This document shows, piece after piece, positions 1-9,968 of a DNA stretch of 64,000 bases. The notes below the pieces were generated by a model that made no database searches, had not been told where the DNA came from, and was given only the letters and a program-made list of their open reading frames with translations. The translations under genes were made by a program, and so were the position numbers. Origin of the DNA: Rebecca billardiae RCC1528. Taxonomy: Eukaryota; Protista; Haptophyta. Location of the stretch: the NCBI GenBank assembly GCA_965240325.2, contig OZ251222.1, positions 4,526,001-4,590,000 on the forward strand, written 5' to 3'. Numbering within the stretch: the stretch's first letter is position 1; each line of letters opens with the position of its first letter.

Positions 1-2172
1 GCCAAGATGAACCAGAAGCTCGCCGAGCTCTCGCAGCCGTGCGCGCCCGGCACGCCGCAGATGCTCGTCGACGAGCGCGCCGAGCTGCTCGAGGTGCAGG
101 GGCTCAAGATGGGGCAGTGGGCGGAGACGCGCGCGAAGATCGCGGCGGCGCGTGCCGCGTCCGACGCCTCCGCGCTCATCGACGCCGCCGCCGAGCCGCT
201 CTCCGAGAAGCTCGACGCGGAGCTGGGCTCGTCGGTGACCGACCAGTCGGTGTTTGAGGCACACGCGCGCCGGTACGAGGCCGAGTTCCTCGCGGACATG
301 GCGGCGCTGGGCGTGCGCCCGCCGAGCGTGATGTCGCGCGTGACGGAGTGCGTGCCCGAGATCGTCGCCTTCGTGCAGACCATCGTCGCCAAGGGCCTGG
401 CGTACGAGTCCAACGGCTCGGTGTACATGGACATCGGCGCGCTCAAGGAGCGTGGCCACGCGTACCGCAAGCTTGTGCCCGCGAGCGCAGAGGCGGCGGA
501 CACGACGGAGGCGCAGATGAGCGAGGGCGAGGGCGCGCTCGGCGCGGGCGGGGAGAAGCGGAACAAGAACGACTTCGCACTGTGGAAGGCGTCGAAGGCG
601 GGCGAGCCCTCGTGGGACTCCCCGTGGGGCGGCGGCCGGCCGGGCTGGCACATCGAGTGCTCGGTGATGGCCTCGCACACGTTCGGCGCTCACATGGACA
701 TGCACGCCGGCGGCTCCGACCTCAAGTTCCCGCACCACGACAACGAGCTGGCGCAGTCCGAGGCGTTCCACGGGTGCCAGCAGTGGGTCAACTACTTCTT
801 GCACGCGGGCCACCTCAACATCAAGGGCCACAAGATGTCCAAGTCGCTGAAGAACTTCGTGACGATCCGCGAGGCGCTGCACGAGCTCGGCCACACTGCG
901 CGCCAGATCCGCCTCATGTTCCTCATGCAGCCGTGGGACCGCTCGATGCACTACTCGGACCAGACGATCGCCGAGGCGAAGGCGACGGAGAAGAAGCTCA
1001 AGGACTACTTCGGCGTGGTCAAGGGCCTGCGCCGCTCCGACTGGCTCACCAAGCGCGCCGACTTTGGCGAGGCGGAGGCGGCGCTCGCGACCGCGGTCGC
1101 CGCGTTCCAGCGCGACGCGCACGATGCGTTGCTCGACAACTTCGACACGCCCGGCGTGATGAGCGCGATGCTCGGGCTGGTCTCGCACACGCACGAGTAC
1201 CTCAAGGCGGCCGCGGCCGCGCCGAGCGTGCTGCTCGTGTGCAACGGCGCCACCGCCATCACGCGGCTCCTCCGTGTCTTCGGCGTCGCCGAGTGCGAAG
1301 ACCTCGGGCTGCCGATCGGCGGCGGCGCCGAGGGCGAGGGCGGCGCGGCCGCGAGCCGCGAGGCGGTGGCCGAGCCGTACATCGACCGGCTCGTGGCGTT
1401 CCGCGACGCGGTGCGCGAGCACGCGAAGGTGCGCAAGGACCCGGCGCTGCTCGAGCTCTGCGACGCGCTGCGCGACCAGCAGCTCGCCGCCCTCGGCGTG
1501 CGCGTCGAGGACGGCGACGCGGGCTCCCTGTGGAAGCTGGACGACCCGGAGACGCTGCGGCGCGAGGTGCTGGAGAAGAAGGGCGCGCAGGCGGCGAAGG
1601 AGCGCGCGAAGGCGGCGAACAAGCTCGCGGAGAAGGAGAAGGTGCGCCGCGCGCGCCGCGCACCGCCGCCGCGCACCGCGCGGCAGCCGCCGCCCGCCCG
1701 CGCGCGCCGCGCCAACGCCCTGCGCCCACGCGCTGCCGTGCGGTGCGGTGCGCTGCGCTGCGCTGCGCTGCACTGCTGTGCAGGAGTTGGACAAACTGAG
1801 AGCGGCTGCCACGCCGCCGGCGGAGCTCTTCAAGCAGCCGCGCTACGCGGGCAAGTACTCGCAGCTGGACGGGCGCGGCGTGCCCACCGCCGACAGCGAA
1901 GGCAACCCGCTCTCCAAGAGCGCTGCCAAGGTGCGCCGTGCCGCGCGACGCGCAGCGCGCGCCCTCGCGTGTGCCAGTGCCGTGCGCGGCCGACACGCCG
2001 CGCGCTCACTCGGCGCGGCGCGCGCTGGCCGCTGGGTGTGCAGGCTGTAGAGAAGGAGATGCAGCAGCAGCAGAAGGCGCATGACGCGTACAACGCCAAG
2101 CTGGGCGCCAACCCCGCCCTGCTGCCCGAGCTGGAGGCGGAGGTGGGCGCACTCAAGGCGCAGCTGGGCTGA
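1..2172 (+). CDS. CARS1: Cysteinyl-tRNA synthetase, cytosolic type (5'-truncated by window edge; introns 1642-1783 and 1931-2043)
   Basis: Motifs DFALWK, WDSPWGGGRPGWHIECSVM, DLKFPHHDNELAQSEA and KMSKSLKNF. Splicing the two GT..AG introns restores the C-terminal KYSQLDGRGVPTADSEGNPLSK segment and the stop at 2172. Confidence 0.96.
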   Translation, partial: AKMNQKLAELSQPCAPGTPQMLVDERAELLEVQGLKMGQWAETRAKIAAARAASDASALIDAAAEPLSEKLDAELGSSVTDQSVFEAHARRYEAEFLADMAALGVRPPSVMSRVTECVPEIVAFVQTIVAKGLAYESNGSVYMDIGALKERGHAYRKLVPASAEAADTTEAQMSEGEGALGAGGEKRNKNDFALWKASKAGEPSWDSPWGGGRPGWHIECSVMASHTFGAHMDMHAGGSDLKFPHHDNELAQSEAFHGCQQWVNYFLHAGHLNIKGHKMSKSLKNFVTIREALHELGHTARQIRLMFLMQPWDRSMHYSDQTIAEAKATEKKLKDYFGVVKGLRRSDWLTKRADFGEAEAALATAVAAFQRDAHDALLDNFDTPGVMSAMLGLVSHTHEYLKAAAAAPSVLLVCNGATAITRLLRVFGVAECEDLGLPIGGGAEGEGGAAASREAVAEPYIDRLVAFRDAVREHAKVRKDPALLELCDALRDQQLAALGVRVEDGDAGSLWKLDDPETLRREVLEKKGAQAAKERAKAANKLAEKEKVRRARRAPPPRTARQPPPARARRANALRPRAAVRCGALRCAALHCCAGVGQTESGCHAAGGALQAAALRGQVLAAGRARRAHRRQRRQPALQERCQGAPCRATRSARPRVCQCRARPTRRALTRRGARWPLGVQAVEKEMQQQQKAHDAYNAKLGANPALLPELEAEVGALKAQLG

Positions 2173-2848
2173 GCAAGGCACGGTGCGCCCGCACGCTCAC
2201 ACGGCTGGAATGGCAGACCTAGGGCTAGGCAGTCAGCTGGCGCCCGACACGCTGCGCTCGGCGTGGATGCCGGTGCCGGCGTGAGCGCAGATCCGTGGCA
2301 GCAGCGTGGACGGCATGCGCGCGCATTGTACGCGCGCAGCTGCCGCCGCCGCGTATCAGAGCTCGCCGCCCTGATGATGAGTGACGATCGCGATCCCGCG
2401 CGGCTGGAATGAGTCGGATGATGCTGAACTCATATGATGCGGCCTGCGTGGCCGGAGTGCGCGACGTCATAACATATTGTCGCGTCGTCGTCAACATTTG
2501 CTGCTGTCAAGTCGTAGTCACTGCTGTCAGGCTTCGTCGAGCAAATAGACGCGGCTAATATACGTACTACTGATGAGTACTACTAGCAGTACTGATACTA
2601 CTGAGCCGCAGCTATGTCAGTCATGGAGTATACGCGTCAGCGCCGCCGCGCTAGCGCAGTGCCCGGGACTCGGAGACCGACTCGCCGCCGTGGCCCGTGA
2701 TGATCATGATCATGATGCCGATGGCCCCCTCTCTCAAAAGTGCTGCTGTGATGATGACTAGTCAGAGTCTCATCGGCCGATCACGGACATAGTCAGCAGT
2801 GAGCAGCACCTGAGCCGCCTGAGCAGGTGGGCCGCGGGCGCCCGTAGG

Positions 2849-4516
2849 TCAGCCCGACTCTTCCATCAGCGCCTCAACCGCCGCCTCCACATCCGAGCCG
2901 CCAACGCGCCTCAGCGCGCGCTCGGCCAATTCGCGCGGGTAGCCCATGCTGAGCAGCGTGCGGATCGCAGTCGGCATGACGCGCGTGCGCGCGCTCCCCG
3001 CCGCGGGCGCGCTCCCCGCCGCGGGCTCGTGCGCTCGCGGCGCGACGCCGACGGAGCCACTCTTGGCCGCGGGCGCGCTCGGCTTGGCCTTCTTCGGTGG
3101 GGGCGCGCTCGGCGCCGTCGTGCGGCCGTTGCAGGCGGCGGCCGCGCCCGAGCCGGTGGCGGCGCCGTTGCCCAGCGCGCGCTTGGGCGGCGGGACGCGC
3201 TCCGCAGCCGCCGAGCTCGTGGGGGCTGCGCATGTTGGAGCCACGCGCGCGCACGCAGGCGACGCGCTCCCGCTGGCCCCCGTGCCATGCGCTTTGCCGC
3301 TTGGCACGGGCACGGCCGCCGCCGCTCTGGGCGCACACGGCTGCGAGCGCGTGCCACTGCCACTGCCACTGCCGCCGCCGCCGCCGCCGCTGCCGCTGCC
3401 GCCATCCTTCGGCGCGGCCGCCTTGCCCGCAGCGGCGTGCGCAGCCGCCGGCTTCGCGCTCGCCGGCTGCGGCCGCGCGGCCTGCGACGCCGGGCCCACG
3501 CGAGCCGTGGCCGAGTGCGCAGCCGTCCTAGGCTCATCGCTCGCCGCCTTGGCCAGCTTGGGCGGCAGCTTGGGCGGCGGCTTGGGCGGCGGCGCAGCGG
3601 CGGCCGCAGTCATCTTGGGGCCGCCTCCGTACCGGCGGCCATAGACGGCCATGCCGGAGAGCGAGCTCCAGCACGCCGTGCGCGCGGCCGCGCGCACCTG
3701 CTCCGTGGGCACCTCGCAGCGCACCGCGCCGAGCACCTCCCGCTCGGCGAGGGGCCGCAGCTGCCCCCGCTGCTCGAGGTGCGCGCGCGCCGTGCGGCAC
3801 AGCGCACGCACCAACGGCACGTCTGCGCCGAGCTCGCACGAGCCGTTCGGCTGCGCGGCTGGCGGCTGGCGGCTGGCGGCGGGCGCGGGTGCGGCGAGGT
3901 GATTGCGCACGTCATCGAGTCTGCGCACCGCCATGTCGAGCTGCCGCTTCACGCCCTCGAGGCCGGCGCCACGGCCGTTCGCGCCGGCAGCGCCGCTGTC
4001 GCCGCGCGCCTCGCGGTCGAGCGCCGCCTGGCTCTTGGCGAGAGCGCCGCGCGCCTCGTCAAAGGCCGCGAGGAGGCGGGACATGGGCGGGCGGAGCGCG
4101 TGCGCGAGCTCGATGGCAAGCGGGTCATTCAGCTCCGCCTCCTCCTCCGTGGTCGCCCGGTGCGCGTTGGGCGCGTGCGCTGTCGGCATGGGTGCATGCT
4201 GCTCGCCGCACACGCACACGCGCCACGCCGCGCTCGGCCGAACGCTGGTCCACGGCTGATCGGCGTCGGGCAGGAGCTTCTGCAGGCAGTCCGGATGCGG
4301 GCTGGGGATCTCTGGCGGGACCGGAAACGGCAGCGGCAGCCCCTCTGGGGGCACCTCGGTCGCCGGCGGCACGATCGGCGCCGTCCAGAGCACACACGCG
4401 CCCGACACCCACAGGCCAAAGTAGGCGGCGAGGGTGCCTTCGTCGAGCGGTGGCAGCCAGCACAGGTGCCACCCGTCTGCGTTCGCGGGCGCCTTGGCCG
4501 CATTGTCGATGCGCAT
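2849..4516 (-). CDS. Hypothetical protein with C-terminal UBA domain and long Ala/Pro-rich linker
   Basis: C-terminus IRTLLSMGYPRELAERALRRVGGSDVEAAVEAL fits the UBA pattern (MGY/F...AL...VEAA). First ATG is at 4516; introns not resolved. Confidence 0.75.
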   Translation of the reverse strand: MRIDNAAKAPANADGWHLCWLPPLDEGTLAAYFGLWVSGACVLWTAPIVPPATEVPPEGLPLPFPVPPEIPSPHPDCLQKLLPDADQPWTSVRPSAAWRVCVCGEQHAPMPTAHAPNAHRATTEEEAELNDPLAIELAHALRPPMSRLLAAFDEARGALAKSQAALDREARGDSGAAGANGRGAGLEGVKRQLDMAVRRLDDVRNHLAAPAPAASRQPPAAQPNGSCELGADVPLVRALCRTARAHLEQRGQLRPLAEREVLGAVRCEVPTEQVRAAARTACWSSLSGMAVYGRRYGGGPKMTAAAAAPPPKPPPKLPPKLAKAASDEPRTAAHSATARVGPASQAARPQPASAKPAAAHAAAGKAAAPKDGGSGSGGGGGGSGSGSGTRSQPCAPRAAAAVPVPSGKAHGTGASGSASPACARVAPTCAAPTSSAAAERVPPPKRALGNGAATGSGAAAACNGRTTAPSAPPPKKAKPSAPAAKSGSVGVAPRAHEPAAGSAPAAGSARTRVMPTAIRTLLSMGYPRELAERALRRVGGSDVEAAVEALMEESG

Positions 4517-4795
4517 CGTGCCCGGGCTGCGCGCGTGGCCCTGTGGCGATCGCTCCCACGAGCGGCGGCGGGTTGGCAAGCCAGCAGGGCTTGGGGAGCT
4601 CAGGGCGGTGCGCGTGCCAGCGCGCGGGCGCGGAGATCATCGAAGGCACCGACGACGATGGCGAACAAATATGCGAGATTCGATCTCAGGCCGAGGCTCC
4701 GGCTCCGCCTTGGTCCGGATGTTGCTTGAACGATCTCGGATCAACGATGGCGCCGATGCCTCCTTGATCCAACGTGCTTGACGAGCAGTTGGGAC

Positions 4796-5539
4796 ATGGA
4801 CCTCGCTCCAGCGGCGAGCGAGCTCGCGGCCGTGTGGAAGTCCGTCAGTGCCTTCCTCGAGAATGTGGAGGGTGTGAAGCAGGTGAACTATGACCCGCGC
4901 GCCGGCGCATCCACGGCTGCCATCAGTCAATGGGAGCGCAGCAACTACCCAGCGAAACTGCCCGAGGACCTCAGCGCCTTCCTGCAGCTCACGGACGGGA
5001 TGCACATGACGTGGATGCTGGACTACGTGGGCGAGGAGATCCCGCTCGGCTGCATGCACATCAACGCCATCCGCCGCATCCAGCGCGTCCACGTCGACCT
5101 GACCGACGTGCGGCTCGCGGCGGGCAGTCGCGCCGCAGGCACCCTCACGGGCGAGGACGTCCCGGTGATGGCCTTTGATCTCGACTCGCTCGTGATGGAC
5201 GGGCAGCTCTGCCTCTTCTTTAGGCCGCCCAGCTACTCTGCGCCTGAGGTCTGGTTCCGCGACCTGGCGCGCAGCTGGCACCTGGTCGCGCACTCGTTCA
5301 CCGACTACTTCCGGCTGATGATCATGCACGTCGGCCTGGCACGCTGGCAGTACGTCTTCAGCGACATCGGCCTGGATCCGGCGACGAAGCAGTGGCTCCG
5401 CCTCGTCGCGCCGAATCGTCTCGCCCTCGATGATCGCAATCGGCCCCGAGGCCGCGCTGGCGACACGACCAGCTCCGCTCGGAGGCCACCGGGGGCCGGC
5501 CGTTCGACGAGCGACAGGGGTGCCGGCGTCGCACAGTGA
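4796..5539 (+). CDS. TPGS2: Tubulin polyglutamylase complex subunit 2-like (SMI1/KNR4 fold)
   Basis: ISQWERSNYPAKLPEDLSAFLQLTDG, IPLGCMHIN, VWFRDLARSWHLVAHSFTDYFRLMIMHVGLARWQY match the TPGS2 pattern. ATG at 4796. Confidence 0.85.
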   Translation: MDLAPAASELAAVWKSVSAFLENVEGVKQVNYDPRAGASTAAISQWERSNYPAKLPEDLSAFLQLTDGMHMTWMLDYVGEEIPLGCMHINAIRRIQRVHVDLTDVRLAAGSRAAGTLTGEDVPVMAFDLDSLVMDGQLCLFFRPPSYSAPEVWFRDLARSWHLVAHSFTDYFRLMIMHVGLARWQYVFSDIGLDPATKQWLRLVAPNRLALDDRNRPRGRAGDTTSSARRPPGAGRSTSDRGAGVAQ

Positions 5540-5670
5540 TAGCGCGGCCAGCTTGGCTCCATGACAATCATTGACGCAATAAATACCCTGCGTACACGAT
5601 TTGAGTATTGTACGGGTCGGCGTGGTTGGAGCAGATCAATAGCCGTTTGGCGCGCCCGGTGGGCGGCCCA

Positions 5671-5882
5671 CCCACCCGTCCCAGAACTAGCCGGCTCAGA
5701 GCGGGCGTGAAGCCGTGATTAGCCGCGGCCGTCTTCAGGCTCAGCGGCCTAAGGCTAAGCGGGCTCAAAAACTTCGCAGCGAGGTTTTTGAGCCGTCAGT
5801 GACTATGAAATGGACTGGGAACGAATAGCTGCGGGTATTTTCAATACCAGGGGCCTTGATGTAGGGGGCTGGGACGGGTGGG
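5671..5882. mobile_element. Small MITE-like quasi-palindromic element
   Basis: 15-bp inverted repeat ACCCACCCGTCCCAG (5670-5684) / CTGGGACGGGTGGGT (5869-5883), followed by TA on the right. A central hairpin GGCTCAAAAAC..GTTTTTGAGCC lies at 5762-5794. Confidence 0.45.
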
Positions 5883-5899
5883 TAGGCACAGAGTCTTGG

Positions 5900-7250
5900 C
5901 GGTTGGCCCCCTCATCGGCCTGGATTGTGTGGTCGTTCTCGGTAATGTTTATGTCAATTCATGAACAGTCAGAGTGTATCGTCTATGTCATTGATGCCGT
6001 GAATGCGTGATTCGTGAATCGTGAACAGTCCAGGAGTCCACCTGTGCATCCAAGGACTGCCCTCCACTTGAAGCTTGATTCTGAAGCGATGACCGTTTCC
6101 ACTGGGCGCAGGAATTTCGGGTGGGGATTTTCTTTTCCGAATATGTTGGTGATGCCGTCAGAGCACCACCAACCTCTGCCGCTGGCGGCTGCGCTGACAG
6201 CGCGCTGGGCGGCGCTGGAGGGGCGAGATGGGTGCCGACTGCGCGCCCTCCTGCGGTAGTTGCGTGCCCGCGAAGGCGGTGCGCGTGGTTGAGCGCGGCT
6301 GAAGAGCAGCCATTTGCGTCGTTCCACCGCTCGCCGTTCGGAATCACTGCATCCGCCGCGCCTCAGGCCATCGCGTGCGCCGCACCAACAAGGAAGTTGT
6401 GTGCATTCCTCGGCTGACTGCACGCGTGCCGCGAGCAGCGGCGTCGGCGTCCGGCACTTGGTTGCACTGGGCAATGTCCAGGTAGTTTATGCACGCGGCA
6501 TCGCTCGTCGCAGTACGCTGCCTGGCATACGCATCTGCACGGGTCACACAGCCGTCAAAAGGCATGGTCGAGCATCACGCAGCGGTTGGCATCGACCTAC
6601 GGCGAGGGTCGTGTGAGCATGAAAAGCACTGACATGCGCCCTTCTGGATAGTGATGTAGTGAGCACATTCCCGCGTGAAAGGAGCGCGCGCCATTCAGGC
6701 ACCGGAAGCGGCGTCGGGGCTGGATGCTCACGTCTTAGGCAGGCTGATGCTGCCTTCCGGCTGCACGGGTGCGTCTGATCAAGGCTGACCGTGTGTGCAC
6801 GATGCGCACCGTCAAGTTCGACACGAACGTCCAGACGTGAGCTACTGCTGGACAAGGTAGTATACACACATTCATACACGCGCCGTGTCATCCGAGGAGG
6901 CACATACACGCAGGCCATCATGGGCCTCGTTCAGGTATATTCTGCATCAGCACGCATGCATGCACGTACTAGCTCGGGCCAAGATTGACGTCGGAGCACG
7001 AGTCAGGGAGTTCAATGCCGGGGCAGAGCTGGACAGCGGTCACGTGTGTGGCCACTCCGCGCGAGCGCACATGCTCCGCGTCACCGCATATCAGCATGGC
7101 GTGCGCTGCAACGTCATCGTCGGGCCAGAGCGCTTGTTCGACCAATCGGCTCGTATGAATGATGCAATCAGCACACCTGAACGCAGCTGTTCGGACCCGC
7201 GCTCATGCGCGGCGGCGCAAGGTAGCGCAGTGCGTACAGCGTAGGCCTCG
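5900..7250 (-). pseudogene. Decayed coding/TE-derived sequence; fragments weakly resemble MYND (CVCQAAYCDERCRVH) and SET (CSRFTNH) motifs
   Basis: Lower GC than genes, many stops and frameshifts, Cys/His-rich fragments on the minus strand. Identity is uncertain. Confidence 0.2.
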
Positions 7251-7655
7251 CCGCGCGGAAGCGCATGCTCCGTGTGTGTCTCGCCTCGCATGGCGCACGC
7301 GGGCGAGGCTGGCCGTGTGGCGGTGTGCACAGACAAGTGCTGGCCCGAGGCAAGTACAGCCGAATGCGATGCGCGGCGCGAAGCGGCGAATGGCACTTCA
7401 GCACGACTGCCCAGCCTAGCTCGCCGGCTCTGCGCTCGCGGGATCGTCCACACGCACGGGAGCGCGGCGCCGTCGCCCGCTCCCCCGAGACGCGCGCGTC
7501 CGCCGCGCAGCGCGCAGCTGAATAAATGCAAGGCGGAAATAAAAAGCGCGCCGATTTTCTGATTTCTCCGACCCTGGGTGCCGTGTCCCCAGTGGCCACT
7601 TTCAACTTGCTACTAATCATTGAAGCGTGGGCAGGACCTCGATCGAATTTCCATC

Positions 7656-8513
7656 ATGGCGTGCGTGTCGGCCACGACGCTGACGACGACGGCGCCGTCG
7701 CGGCACGTCCCGTCAAGCGCGCAGAGGGACGGGATCATCGTCCGTGACACGAGCCAGACGCTTTTGAGCCTCCTGTCCGCCCTGAGGCAAGAGCTTGCCC
7801 TCGAGCGCTCGAAGCAGGCGCGCGCTCGCATCGCCGAGTCGACGCTTCACGGGGAGCTGCTGGCGTGTGAGCGCGCGCTTGAGCGGGTGTGGGCAGACGC
7901 CCGGCACCGCGAGGCGCACCTCACGTCGATAGTGGACGATCTCCACCGCGAAGTCCGCAGAGCCGAGGAGGCGCACCGGCGTCAGCTCCTGCGTGCGCAG
8001 CACATGGAGGCGGCCGCGGTCGGCCGAGCGGAGCGCGCGGAGGTCGAGTACGCCATCGCCTTCGCCGAGCTGCACGCGGACGACAGCTTCTACGCGCGGC
8101 GCCAGGCCGAGGGCGGGGTCGACCGCGCTCCGCTCGACGGCGATGCCGAGGAGGCCATCCGACGCGCCCTCGTCCAGGCGACCGCCCGACTCTCCTCAAC
8201 GCGCGAGCACGCCGAGCAGCTCGGCCGTCAGCTCGCGCACGCCAACCAGCGCGCTGTTGGGCTGCAGCAGGAGAACGAGGAGCTGCGCCGGCAGCTGCGC
8301 GCGCAGCGCAGCCACGCGGGCGGCGCGACGGAAGAGGCCCGTCCGCCGGCCGACGCCCCCGCCCCGGCTGCCCCCTCAGCCCCCGCGCGAGGGGCCGTGG
8401 CGGACAGCATCGCTGAGGCACTGGAGAGAGAGTTCTCGTATGTGCACGCGCAGGTCAGCGCCACCACACGCGCCGCGGCAGGCGGGGCAGCCGCACGCAC
8501 TGCATCGGCATGA
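7656..8513 (+). CDS. Hypothetical coiled-coil protein
   Basis: Open frame with GC3-rich codons and heptad Glu/Arg/Leu stretches (LQQENEELRRQLRAQ). ATG at 7656. Confidence 0.6.
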   Translation: MACVSATTLTTTAPSRHVPSSAQRDGIIVRDTSQTLLSLLSALRQELALERSKQARARIAESTLHGELLACERALERVWADARHREAHLTSIVDDLHREVRRAEEAHRRQLLRAQHMEAAAVGRAERAEVEYAIAFAELHADDSFYARRQAEGGVDRAPLDGDAEEAIRRALVQATARLSSTREHAEQLGRQLAHANQRAVGLQQENEELRRQLRAQRSHAGGATEEARPPADAPAPAAPSAPARGAVADSIAEALEREFSYVHAQVSATTRAAAGGAAARTASA

Positions 8514-8790
8514 CGCCGCCGCGGAAGCACGCGCGAGGCATGAGCGGCATGAGCCACCCGCCACCCGGTCGGCGGCCTGACAGCGCGCCGCTTGCAGTGT
8601 CAGCGGGTACCGGTATAGTCAGATACGCGCCGGACGTACGGCGCCGCGCGCCGGGCAAACTGCGCCTGCGACGGTCTGCGCGCATCGCGCGTCATCATCA
8701 TCAGACATCGTCATCACAGACATCATCATCAGTGACGCGACGACGACGAATTTATATATATATAATTCAAATCGGTCGGACATACACTTA

Positions 8791-9353
8791 CAGGCAATCG
8801 CGGGCATGCAATAATCTGCATGATTAAGAAGTCAGATGAGATCTCACGGCTAGCCTAAGGGCGGTCGGCTAGCCTCGGTTTCTTAGCCGTTCGGTAGCCC
8901 GAGCGCCTACGGAGTCTCAGAAAGTTTCTTAGCTAGGTCCGCCCGCCGCGCAGGCGCGGGGGGCGCAGGGGGGCAGAGCCCCCCGCTGAGTCTTTATTTA
9001 GGCCCGGCCGGCGAGGCCGAAGAAAATTTTGGGCCTTTTTGGAGCAAATATGGCATGATGTTGCATGGATGCTGCGGAGTGCGGTGCACTGGCCAGGAGT
9101 CCGTCATCAGGAGAAGTCGGGACTTGGCCTGTAGTACTCGTAGTCGGGCCGCGCGCCGCGTCCCCGACGGGCCGACTGCGCCTCGCCCTCGGCGGACCAC
9201 TGGCGTCAGCCGGGACGACGTAGTCCCGGTTTCTTAGTGTGACTATGCGTATAGCGAACCAGCCAATCGCTAGTCTCAGTTTCTAGGCCAGATCCGCAGA
9301 TAGCAAGCCCCAGTTTCTTAACGTGACAGCTCCTTATTGCCCGCGATTGCCTG
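8791..9353. mobile_element. MITE, Tc1/mariner-type (copy 1, intact)
   Basis: TIRs CAGGCAATCGCGGGCA..ATAA / TTATTGCCCGCGATTGCCTG flanked by TA on both sides. Internal motif GTTTCTTA recurs. Second copy at 24040-26803. Confidence 0.88.
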
Positions 9354-9968
9354 TATATATACGACTGCTACGATGGCTGAGTGAGGCGACTGTCCGAGTG
9401 TCGTCCGGTCACCGGGCTCCGGCCGGGAGGGCGGGATCGCCCTTCGGCTTCGTTCGGTCTCGATTGATATATGAATGATGTCGCGTTGTCCGAGCATCAC
9501 GCGGCGGGTATTCACGCGGCGCGGTCATCCGGCCTGATGTCTCATCATCGGGCCTGATCCCGGGCTGATCCGCTGCCATCCGCCTGAATCTGATCCTCGT
9601 CACATCGTCATCATCACAGCACTGTCAGCAGGCTGGCGGAGTAACTCAGCAGCAGGCCCGCGGTTCAGTGCCAGTGCTGGCACTGGCTATGACAAGTGAC
9701 AGAGTCGCGGCTGATTATAGCAGACCGCTCAGAGGCGGGCCGGGGCTACTACCGGCTACCGGCCGTGGCTCACCGCACTGATGATGCCAGCGCCGCACTC
9801 TCCGACTTCGATCGTCAGACTCAGAGTCAGATGATATGACTCAGTAGACGACTCAGTCGTCATCGTCAGTCCGTCCGTTGCGAGTCATGACGAGGCACGC
9901 GAGTGTCGAGGCAACGAGATATAGAACTAGAAGGCGCGCGTCACTGCTTACAGACCGATGGCGCGTCG

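Noticed and set aside
5762-5794. Rho-independent terminator
   Set aside because: Eukaryotic context; the hairpin sits at the centre of a MITE-like inverted structure.
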